64,000 nt of DNA, from positions 85,622,001 to 85,686,000 of the forward strand of contig NC_042997.1 of NCBI RefSeq assembly GCF_006345805.1. Direction: 5' to 3'. This stretch comes from Octopus sinensis (Eukaryota). A model generated the notes under the pieces. The model ran no database searches, was not told the origin of the DNA, and saw only the letters and a list, made by a program, of their open reading frames with translations. This document shows positions 50,055 through 61,228 of this stretch, one piece after another. Each line of letters starts with the position of its first letter. Positions within the stretch are counted from its first letter, which is position 1. A program made the position numbers and the translations under genes.

Positions 50055-50640
50055 ATGAAATATATGAAATATTCATTTTTATTATGGGCCCGAAATTTGT
50101 TCAGTAGGAGACTAGTCAATTACACCAATTTCAGTGCTTGACTGGTTCTTATTTTATGGAACTCAATAAGATGAAAGGCAAAGTTGACCTTAGTGGAATT
50201 AGAACACAGAACATAAAACCAGAAGAAATGCCAGTAAGAATTTTGCCCAGCAGGCTAATCATTCTGCTAGCTCAATTCTACCATGAAATATGAAATATTA
50301 GTTTCAAATTTTTCCACAAGATCAGTAATTTCAGAGAAGAGGGTAATTCATTTACATTGATCCCAAAGGAATGAAAGGCAAAATCAACTTCAGCAGAATT
50401 TGAACTCAGAACATAAAGATGGATGAAATGCTGCTAAGCATTTTAACTTGTGTGCTAATGATTCTGCCAGCTTGTCACCTTATGAAATATGGAATATTGG
50501 TTTCAAATATAGGCACAAGGCCAGCAACTTCAGAAATTATATCAACCCCAGTACTTAACTGGTACATATTTTATCAACCATGAAAGGATGAAAGGTAAAA
50601 ATCAATTTGAACTCAGAACATAAAGACAGATGATGAAGTA
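50055..50640 (-). mobile_element. Three tandem decayed family A SINE copies
   Basis: atgaaaggcaaa...gaatttgaactcagaacataaag occurs three times, each copy preceded by atgaaatat(at)g(g)aaatatt. Confidence 0.75.
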
Positions 50641-51502
50641 TTAAAAGCATAAATCAAATAGCATTTTGAAACACTTGCTTATAATAATTTGAAGAAGTAA
50701 AAATAAATAAGTAATATCTGTATGATGTTTTTTCTTTCTCTTTTATATGAGAAATGAATAAACCAATGTTTAACTTACTTGTATAGAAAAACAGAAATGC
50801 ATCAATCAACTTTGTTTACTCAACGATGGTTGTGGCATGATATAGTCAGAGTTCTTGGTTTTGAAATTATGAGAAGACTATGTATGTGCACCTTTCTCAA
50901 CTCACACACACACACACACTATTTTCTGTATGTTTCTTCCTCTCTCTCTCACTTTCTCTTCTCTCATTCTCTCTCTCTATCTCTCTGACACACACACATA
51001 CACACACACAAACACACAAGATGTGACTGATACCAAAGACAAGGCTAACAATTTTTTAAATTGGAGATTTTCCATATTACCTGAATTCAAGCATGGACTG
51101 ACTATTTTTTCCCTAGCACACAAAAAAGTAAAAATATATTGAATACTTTCAAAATTATTTTTATCGCTATTCTATATCTCTTACTCCAAAACTGTAAATC
51201 TAACTTTTTTTTTTTTTGTCTATATTTCTTCTCTTGCTGACTAGAAATGAAGACAGTTACTTGAAACACTGCATGAATATAATTAATTTACACTCAATAT
51301 TTCTATAACTCTATACTGATGAAGTACAAGATACAGAAACAGGTTGTCTACAGATATAGAAGGAATACAAGATATTTTATATTGCATGAATAAATAATTA
51401 TAACCTGCTTATATTAACCTGAAGAAGAAAGAAAAGAAGTGATTTTTCACAGGCCTTTCACCCTTGCACAAAAATGGATGAACCAAATTATCAAACAGCA
51501 TC

Positions 51503-51533
<31 letters not shown>

Positions 51534-53249
51534 CATGTGATGAATCAAATTATCAAACAGCTTTTGTATGTACATGTGTGTGTTTGTGTTCCTTTTGAGG
51601 TTCATAATTATCTAGTTACCACTTGTGACACACATACATATATACATATTAACACACACACACATGGATGTATATGCTCAAAGAAACTCATATTCATACA
51701 GAAAAAGGCATTAACATTTAAAGTGGTATTTAATGTTATTTTAAAGCATTTTATTGATTAAATTTAAAGACATAACAATGTTGTTTTAATAAAACAGTTT
51801 TATAACATTTTCTTTTTAAATTTCAACCTCAGAGACTCCTTTTAAAAATTACAATGGAACAGAGAAAGAAAGAAAGAAACAAACTAACAAAGATAGAGAG
51901 AAAAAACTGAAGGCTACGAAATTAAAAAAACAGACGTATGTCATTGATCTGTCGGGAACATTGTCTTTTATTTTTGCAGTGAAACAAAAAATGAAGTAAC
52001 TGTGGCAGCTTCTTTATGACTTACTGATGCAACTAATGGACAACAAACAACAAATGCTGCAATAGCTGATTAATGGCAAATGCTTACATACTGTTTTAAT
52101 ATAAACACCAGCATCTGCATGATGTCCTCCTGCCTCAACAGGAAACAGTTGATACTTTTGTGTCTCTTATATGCCACTTTCTCTCTTTCTCCCTCTGTTC
52201 TGTTGTAACTTTTGAAATGAAACCTTTGCAATCAAAACTAAGAAATAAATAAATGAATAAATAAAATTCTGTTTTTGTTTTTTTAAAAAGAACTGTGTTC
52301 TTTTGGCTTTGAAATCTGTTCAGTTTAATCAATACAATGCTTCAAAATAACCTTAAAACCAATTTTAATACTATTTGCATCTATCGGAATGAACCTGAGA
52401 TAATGTCTATATTTGTTTATTCAAGTGACTGATTACTTTTAACATCTCTATGGAAAATAATTCGAGAATGGACATTGTCGTTGATTTAAAGTGAATGCTA
52501 TCTTTTTGTTGCATAACCGAAAAAATATTTATGGTAGCTTCTTCACGAGTCACTGATAAAGGAATAAAGGTATGGTTGATTAGTTGAAAATGTCTACTAT
52601 TTTAATTCAAACAACTCCTTTGGCCTCGTGCCATATCAGAAATCAGTGTTTATTTTTTATTTCATTTTCTTTATATATTTTTTTCTCAGTCATCATGTTT
52701 TTGTCTTTCTTTCTCTGTTCTAACAGAAACCCATAAGGTCAAAAATCTAAAAAGAAAAAAATAAATATTAAAAACTCATTGTTAAGACATTCAAATCTGT
52801 TCACATTAATTCTGGGTAAAGGTGTGAACAGATATGAAGAACTAGTCAATACCAGTTTGAATAGTGATCTCTTCAGCGACTGACTGAAACACACTGATAA
52901 TTCCAAACAAATATTCAAACTTAATGTCATGCGTTATGCATTTTTGGAGGGAGCCTTATCACTTATTGATGACTCTAATAAGATTCTATAGTGCAGAACA
53001 GTGGACTAGCTAGGCAAAATAGGAACACTTAATTCATAGACAACACGCATAAATTATCAGTAGCATACACAAGTTCAGAGAAAAGCAACCATTTTTGTTA
53101 TGCATATCATGTTTTTGACATTCCATTTTTCACTTTCATGACTTTTCTATCATGAATCATTTTCCAATATGGATTGGGTGCATTTTATTAGGGTCACTGA
53201 CGCTAGAGAGTTTGTCAACAATAAGACCACAGAAACCTCCCTAACCTTT

Positions 53250-53429
53250 GACATATAAAAAGCACTCAGCACACTCTGTAAAGTGGTTAGCATTAGAAAG
53301 GGCACCCAGCTATAGAATCCATGCCATAGCAAACAATTGAAGTTTGGACAGCTCTCTGGCTGGCTAGCTCCTATGAAACTGTTCAATCCATGCCAGCATG
53401 GGAAATGTATGTTGAACGATGATGATGAT
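53250..53429 (+). mobile_element. 5'-truncated RTE 3' end
   Basis: aaaaagcactc...ttagaaagggcacccagctatag...ccatgccagcatgg...aacgatgatgatgat. Confidence 0.75.
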
Positions 53430-53702
53430 ATATACAAGGGGTGCTGAAAATTCCTGAGTAAAAGAAAATACAGGTGGATCAGTTAATCATGATTTCATTC
53501 AACATATTTCCACTCAGATTCACACACTTACTGCAACGGTCCTTCAGTTTTTCTAAGAACTCAGAAGGTTGGACCTCCAACCAGGCCTTCCATGATATCT
53601 TTAACACCAGGGACTTGTAGGGACTGGTACTGTAGGGTTTTTCTTGCAACCTACATTTAGTAGTTTTAACGTGAGAGTCAAGCCACCAATCCAATCCCAT
53701 TC

Positions 53703-53920
53703 TTTAACCCTTTAGTGTTTAAACCAGTCATATTAGGCTCAAATATTCTATCTTATTTCATGTTCAAACCAGCCAGATTTGACCTCTCACACCTATTCTA
53801 CAATGTCCTTCTAAAAATAAGCAATCACATTGCCAAATCTCAAATGTTTGATTAATTCAAAACAAATGTGGATACATAAGCATTACATTTGTCAGAGTAA
53901 TCTAAATGCTAAAGGATTTA
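53703..53920. mobile_element. piggyBac-type (TTAA) MITE; related copies at ~32345-32570 and ~55425-55648
   Basis: Termini TTAA|ccctttagtgttta ... taaatgctaaaggatTTAA; 55630-55648 ends taaatgctaaaggg|TTAA. Confidence 0.6.
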
Positions 53921-55367
53921 AACTTGGAGTCCTGAACCCAGTGAGTTGGCTATTGTTGTTGACACATTACCGAATAACCCATATGTAAACATATTGCATT
54001 ATGTCAGTCTGATAAGGTTAACCCTCAAAAACTTTGGTTTACTTTGCTGTAAATTTATATTACAGTAACAAAAAAAAAAAGCATCATTGTTGAAAGCATT
54101 GCTAGCACTCAACAAATTATGAAATTTTTTATTCCAGCTAAGTTCAAATTCTTCATTAGGAGTATCTTTGACCTTCTCCTGTGTGAATTGACTTACAGGG
54201 CTGGAGAGCTCCAGCAACCCTGATGTTGCTGAAAGGATGTCAATGAAGGCACCAGATCAACTGAGGGATTCCACTCCTTAGTCTGTTGTTGTGATTGACT
54301 CTCCTAACCTTTTCCTTTCCCAAGGTACTCACAAGGCAGTACTTAACACAATACAAAAAATAAATGCATGGCCTTATCTGTAATTGGCTTAAAAAAGGAA
54401 GAGAAAAAATCAAACAAAAAGTAAAAATGAAATTACTGAACCAAAGAATGAATTTCTGTGATTTTGAATGGATTACTGTTTAGCTTATATAGACATTTTC
54501 AATAATCAAATACTTTTGAAAAATTATCAGTGCATATACATATAAAAAAATATATACACACATAGAATTCTCTTCACTAATGCAATTGGCCAATCAGCAA
54601 ACTATTTTTCCAGTCAATTGAAAGTATGGCATGCAACATCACAATGGTAATTCCTCTGGTGATGTTTTAAGATCATGCCGCCTTATATTGAAAATAAGGT
54701 CAAGTGATCTTGAAAGACTGTCATCAACTAATGAATAATCTAATTATACTAATTGCCATTAATAACAAAGCAGCTAATAAAATAAAAATAAACATATGAT
54801 TTATTATAAATATGACCTATTAAAACTACTATTGAACATACTAACAGCTTGATGATGTATTGTATTGTGTATGTGCATGAGTGCGTATGTATGTGTACGT
54901 GTACACACATACACAAATATATATAGATAAATATGTAGATTTACAAACATACTAAGTGCATATACGTGTATGTATGTATATATATACACACATATATACA
55001 TTTACAAAATGGTATTTTATGTGTGTGTTTGTGAGTGTGCAATACATTCATGTACACATAAATATACATAGACAAACAGACATAGACAGATATATTATAT
55101 ATACATAAATTGTTTCTTTCCTCTCTACATCTATTCTTGATTTTAAAACACACAGTACAAGACACTATACACAAGAGATAGAGCAAGCTATTTTTTCTCT
55201 TAACATATCCAAGATTTTGTGTGTGATTTTTGTTGGCGCAAAAAAACAAAGCAAGTTGGTTGAATTTACATGATTAATATTTATGTGTGTGTGTACATGT
55301 TTATTTGTGTGTGTATACATACGTATATATGCAAATACATAAACACATATTTATGATTATTTCTATA

Positions 55368-55402
<35 letters not shown>

Positions 55403-55859
55403 GTATGTCCTAGGTATGATATTATTCCTTGAGCATTCAGATTATTCTGTCAAATGTATAGCTTATGTTTTCACATCATTTTGAATTAATCATGCATTAT
55501 TTCATAGCATTGAGATTTTGATGATGCGATTGTTTATTTGTAAATGATACTGTAGGGTAGGTGTGAAAGGCCAAATCTGACCAGTTTGAAGATAAAATCG
55601 CTAAGATATTTTGGCTAGATATGGCCAGTTTAAATGCTAAAGGGTTAAGCTGCACCCAGTAGTGGAGCTCCAGTTCAGAAGTTCTGGAGTTGTGTAGAGT
55701 ATGGAGTTACCCCTTAATTATCATTACTCAAAGGTCTGTTCTGACATGGAAGAGTAGTACTTCTCAGGGTCCCACATCAGCTGACACAAGATCCCCTCCT
55801 CCAATGCCCCACTCCCACCGTCTCAAAGGATCCTTGTCTTGCAAAGTTACTTGGTGATC

Positions 55860-56150
55860 CTGCCAGTGCTGCTGCCATTTACAAAGCATCCAGTCTACAC
55901 TGTAAAGTGGTTGGCATTTGGAAGGGCATCCAGCTGTTAAAAACTATGCCAAACTGACCTCACCTGTGTTTGGGCTACATAAAAAGCACTCAGTCCACTC
56001 TGTGAGGTGACTGGTGTTAGGAAGGAGATCCAACCATAAAAAAACTATCAAAACAGACAGAAGTCTGGTGCAGGCTCTTGCCTAACCAGCTCCTGTCAGA
56101 CCATCCAACCCATGCCAGCATGGAAGGAGGATGCTAAACGATGATGATGA
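55860..56150 (+). mobile_element. RTE 3'-end copies (two partial heads) with (GAT)n tail
   Basis: Two ggaagggcatccagctg-type motifs, then ccatccaacccatgccagcatgg...gatgatgatga. Confidence 0.7.
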
Positions 56151-56519
56151 TGAGTGGTGGCTCCTGTTGTTTTTGACAAAGCCGTGGGGAGGCAGCCTTT
56201 CTAGGAAAGAGATACTTTGAATAAAACTTGCAGTCAAACTAGTACCAGTCATCTTACAATGTTTGTCACTAGAAGCTACTATGGCAACTGAGAAATTAGC
56301 AAAAGTGTCGGACAAGCTTTTGTCAATTAAAACTAATGATGCACAGGTGTCTTATTATTGTTTCATTGCTTGATCTGTTTTGTATTTCATAAATCCTATG
56401 GCAATGGATGCATGTCATGAAAAGTCACATAGGGATGGAAGTAAATCAGAACAATCCAGTTGAATGTGAGATGGCTGTTATCTGACAAGATGAGGCAGTC
56501 ATTATATGTATATGTGTAT

Positions 56520-57110
56520 CATCATCATCATCATCATCATCATCATCGTCGTCGTCGTTTAACGTCGGGTCTCCATGGTTTCCAAGACTGGATGTCCTTC
56601 CTAATGCCGTGCTAGGTACATTTTACGTGTCACTGTCACAGGTGTGTTTATGTAGCACCAGCATGGGTGCATAAACACAGCACTGGCACTGGTGCTTTTT
56701 AAGTGGTACCAGCACCTGAAAAAGCAAGCCTGTATGTGTGAAAGATAGCGATTTTACTTAGTGTCTACAGTGAAGAGAAAGAGTACTCATTACCGTAGCA
56801 GAGATTAATAATATTTTTATGTTGGTCAAGTCAGTCTCTTGCTTCTCTGGAGTTTTTGCTTCTGCATTCAAGGGATCATCAAGCATCTCATAGCTTGCTA
56901 GGAGAGGTGACAGTAAGGACCCTTGGCAGAGCCTGACACCCATATCAAATGGTCTTGATATAACACCTTTTATTTGAACACAAATAATATGGCATTCCTA
57001 TAGGGACTTCAAGGTAACAAGAAGCTGTCCAATGATCCCATACTCTTGCAGAACTTTTCATAACTAGTTCCATGGAATGCCGTCCTGTTTTTTGAGGTCT
57101 GGTTTAACAA
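56520..57110 (-). mobile_element. RTE 3' end (56520-56720) and an old RTE RT fragment (56760-57110)
   Basis: (CAT)n + tttaacgtc...ccatgg; minus translation ...GVRLCQGSLLSPLL. Confidence 0.65.
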
Positions 57111-57361
57111 AGATATATATATTATTTTAATATAAAATTTTTGAATAATGAATTATGTTTGGTCAAACAAATTTCTTCATTTATAATTTTGTAGTCAAAT
57201 TATACCTTCTCTACAACTTATATTGGGTATGTTCTTTTTTCTGATTAATGAACCCTCCTAAAACAAGTAAATACACACACACACACACGTGTTTATATAT
57301 TTATATATATGTATATATGTATATATATATATGTAAATACATTTATGCATACACATGCAAG

Positions 57362-57577
57362 CAGAGTGCTGAAAATTTCATGGTTTTGGGTAAAACCTCA
57401 GGTGGATTAGTTAATTATGATTTTATTCAACATATTCCTCTCAGATGCACACACATAGACTTACTACAAGAGTCCTTCAGTTTTTTTAAGTCTTGTAAAA
57501 GAACTCGAAAGGTTGGGCCTCCAAACAGGCTTTTTGTGATACCCTTAAAGCTAGGATCTTTTCGGCATCCCCTCGTA
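57362..57577. mobile_element. mariner-type MITE; related partial copy at ~53435-53620
   Basis: gagtgctgaaaa ... cttttcggcatcccctcg|TA; shared internal sequence. Confidence 0.6.
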
Positions 57578-57817
57578 CATGTAAAAAAATAATTGTTAGA
57601 ATCGAATAAATTAATGGATTTTTTTTCAAATATGGCAGGAAAAGAAATAATAAAATATTAGTGCTAGTTCTAAGCCACATCTCACATGAAACAAGTTAGG
57701 TAACTTACAGGACACTAGAAGTTTGTGGTATCATCGCCAGAGAATGTGCACCATTTTGGGGGCATTCCTCACCGATCAAATTATTAAAAGATAGATATTC
57801 TATATTTATCTTATATA

Positions 57818-58086
57818 CTGTTGTGTCTGGGGAAAGTTATTTTGTTTTTGTGCCTTATAATGTAACACACTCACTGGTAAAATTCCCACTTATTTCTTAT
57901 TTTTATTTTCCTAAAATTTTTGTTGTGTCTTGCAACCTTTTCAATAGTCTTAACTCTCTATTGAAAAGGTTGCAAGATGCACAAAAATTTTAGGAAAATA
58001 AAAATAAGAAATAAATCGAAATTTTACCGGTGAGTGTGTTACATTATAAGGCACAAAAAGAAAATGACTCTCCCCAGACACAACAG
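57818..58086. repeat. Foldback palindrome, ~130-bp arms, 10-nt loop (57948-57957)
   Basis: ctgttgtgtctgggga...caaccttttcaatag / ctattgaaaaggttg...tccccagacacaacag. Confidence 0.92.
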
Positions 58087-59846
58087 AATATGCTTCAACA
58101 CACAAACTCAAATAAAGAATCTTGCAAGCCAAATCCAAAAGCGAAATACTATGGATATATTTTCTTGGTAAACTTTCTTCGCAGAGAACTTTCTTCACGG
58201 TGAATTGATGGTGGTGAACTTACCTGTAATTGGTTGGTTCAACTTGAAGAATCAGCCTTGTAATTTTTCCCTGTGTTGTTTTAATGACATTTCCATATTA
58301 CCAGGAGCCATGACCTTTCAATGTGAAGAAGTATTCGCTCAACCTGGAGAAATTCTCTGATCTCTGAACTATCCATCCTGTCCAGTAATGGTATCCAGTA
58401 ATGATATTCCAGAGATCCTTTGAAGGAATCCATTTCAACGATTTATATTTATAGATACAATAATTATAATTTTCACTTCTTTCAAATTTCGTTGTGCTTA
58501 CACAAAATAGGAAATTAATCAAATTTTGAAAATAATAAAATTTATTGATTTGAAATATCATTAAATAAAACAAATTTCTCATTTGTATATTTGCAATAAA
58601 TGTGTTATCACTAAAAATTATATTGTTAAATTATCAATTACAATAATACTGTAGTAATACTTCGATAATGGAAGGTAAAGAAAAAAATTTAGAAAAGAAT
58701 TGAAGTAAAATTTTCTCTTGAGCTATATATACTGTATAATTAAATACTCAAATCACTCAACTCTTTTGATATCTGACACTGCTCCTAGTTCTACAGTACA
58801 ACATTCATACTTTGTACCATAGAACTAGGGGCAGTCACATTAAAAAAATTTTTAATTCATGTTTTAAAATAATCTAAATTAAAACCTTCCCTCAAAATTT
58901 CACATCAATTTAAATTCCAAAAACTAACTTAATAATGACAAAGTTATTTTACTGAATTCTTCATTTTTTAAAAGTAATTTAAATAATGTCACTGTTTTTC
59001 AAAATAACTATAGAGGCAAAAGTTTTGAATAACTTTTAACATTGGTTCATGACAACATATTTCCACTAATGATTTACCTGGCATGGCTGTGTGGTAAGAA
59101 ACTTGCTCCCCAACAACATGGTTCCAGGTTCAGTTCCACTATTTGGCACCTGGGGTTAGTGTCTTCTCCTGTGAGTCGATTTGTTTTTGCCTTATCAGTT
59201 AACCATCAACGAACCTGAACCACGTCATGGTTTTCAAAAAAATAGCTGACCAATTAGGTTGTAGGACTAACCATGACCCCCACCCCACTACACATAGGGA
59301 TTCAGAGACTTGTTGATCGGCAAAAAATAAACACTAACACTGTACTTTAGTTACCACCTGGTTCCTTACTCTCATCAGTACACTTATATACCAAATTTTC
59401 CCATGATGTGTTCACCATCATAGGCTGCTTATGCCATACCATCCACAATGTTGCACCTACTAGCTGGCACTTTACATATGAACTTTCACATCCATAACAT
59501 GGACCATATCTTCAAATCCACCATTGTATTTCTATGTAAACATGATGTGAATTTCTATCTAAACATAATGTGAACTACTGCCTAAATCTGTCCTTCCTAA
59601 AAAATCCTCCCAAGAATGACAATAGTCACCTTTCCACCATTGAATGAAGTAACATGGATCCTGGATTACAACACAGGAAGTTTGTAGCTTACTTCCCCTT
59701 CCTATACCTAATTCATTTTAATAAGTTGTACTTCTCTCACAGCTACATGTTTGCTCCTATTCATTTTCAGTCCTCTTCAATAATGACAAATACACTGTAT
59801 CTATTGGTAACTGTTTATTATATGTATTAGCCTTCCTAACCACTGA

Positions 59847-59975
59847 GACCCTCTGAAGAAGCCTGGAGGCACACTCATCATCCAAACTTTATCTGCCCAT
59901 CCCTACAGAACACTGAAGAGATGTAGATAGCATGGAAGATTTTGTTGCCTCTTAGCAGAAACGGCTGTAAGGAAC
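59847..59975 (+). ncRNA. Type-I hammerhead motif at the end of a probable Penelope-like 3' remnant (~59170-60000)
   Basis: cct-CTGAAGA-a-gc..gaggca...tgcctc..gc-a-GAA-ACGGCTGT-A-agg. Core intact, near-palindromic stem III, GUA triplet, only a 3-bp stem I. Confidence 0.5.
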
Positions 59976-60293
59976 TGACATTTTGCTCTCTTCTGTAATA
60001 TTAATACATGTGTGTTTAACACATAGTTACTACATGTGTATGTTTTCTTCTAATACTTTCTAATGCTTTGGAATAAATAGACACACTGAAATGTCTACCA
60101 GATGATGTATGTCTCTCTTTTGCATTTTGTATCCTCTCCATTTTCTTATTTGCTGTATGTATGTATGTATGTATATATATATATATATATATATAATTTC
60201 AACAATTGAGGGTAAAATTAATTAATTAATTAATCAATTTCACCAAGTATTCAGTATGCAAAGGGACCATTTAAGGCGAATTCAAATTATTAC

Positions 60294-60578
60294 ATTATAT
60301 AAAAGGGCTTAGTAAAATAAATTACTTTGCCGCATACTGAACTCGTTAGAAATAGCAGCTAAAAAAACTTTTTATAAAACTATTTCTAACACTTAAAGAA
60401 AACCTCTCTCATATAGTGTTTGCTCAATTCAACCCTTGGGTTGAATTGAGCAAACACTATATGAGAGAGGTTTTCTTTAAGTGTTAGAAATAGTTTTATA
60501 AAAGTTTTTTAGCTGCTATTTCTAACGAGTTCAGTATGCGGCAAAGTAATTTATTTTACTAAGCCCTTTTATATAATA
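60294..60578. repeat. Near-perfect 285-bp palindrome with a 2-nt loop (60436-60437)
   Basis: ...tgctcaattcaaccc-tt-gggttgaattgagca...; by eye the arms differ only in homopolymer run lengths. Confidence 0.97.
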
Positions 60579-60595
60579 TATATATATATATATAT

Positions 60596-60873
60596 ATTAT
60601 CAAAAGCAAAGAGAGAAGATGGAGATAAGATTAATAAAAGTTTATGAATATATTGACAAGACTAGATCTACAATTGTTTCAATTCCTCACTTGCAACATA
60701 AAATCAACCAAATTTAATTTAATTTAACTAAATCAGTTTAGTTAGATTAAATTAAATTTAGTTGATTTTATGTTGCAAGTGAGGAATTGAAACAATTGTA
60801 GATCTAGTCTTGTCAATGTATTAATAAACTTTTATTAATCTTATTTCCATCTTCTTTCTTAGTTTTTAATAAT
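60596..60873. repeat. Second, older foldback palindrome (~135-bp arms, TCAG loop at 60733-60736)
   Basis: ...gacaagactagatctacaattgtttcaattcctcacttgcaacataaaatcaac...aactaaa-tcag-tttagtt...; scattered mismatches. Confidence 0.92.
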
Positions 60874-61009
60874 ATTAATAATATATATGTATGTGTCTAT
60901 ATTGTTGGGTATTCAACCAGTATAATCTTGAATATATTTATCCCTCTGAGGTTTATATCCTCGCCTGTATTTTGAGATGTGTGTGTGTATGTGTGTATAC
61001 ATTTGTGTG

Positions 61010-61228
61010 TGTCTATTTCTGTGTTTGTCCCCCCTGCTATCACTTGGCAACTAATGCTGGTGTGTTTATGTCCTCATAACATAACAGTTTGGCAAAAGGG
61101 ACTGATAGAATAAGTACTAGGCTTACAAAGAATAAGTCCTTTGGTCGATTTCTTCGACTAAAACCCTTTAAGGCAGAGCTCCACCATAGCCACAGCAAAT
61201 AACTTAAACAAGTAAAAGAATAAACGAA
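61010..61228 (+). mobile_element. SINE family B tail
   Basis: Similarity to other copies. Confidence 0.75.

Noticed and set aside
52840-52885. Possible minus-strand hammerhead (gtcg-CTGAAGA-gatcactatttc-aaac...)
   Set aside because: GAAA absent, stems II and III unconvincing; compatible with chance.
58225-58310. In-frame TGA in MAPGNMEMSLKQHREKLQG*FFKLNQPIT read as selenocysteine or readthrough
   Set aside because: No selenoprotein homology or SECIS evidence; a non-coding exon or chance is simpler.
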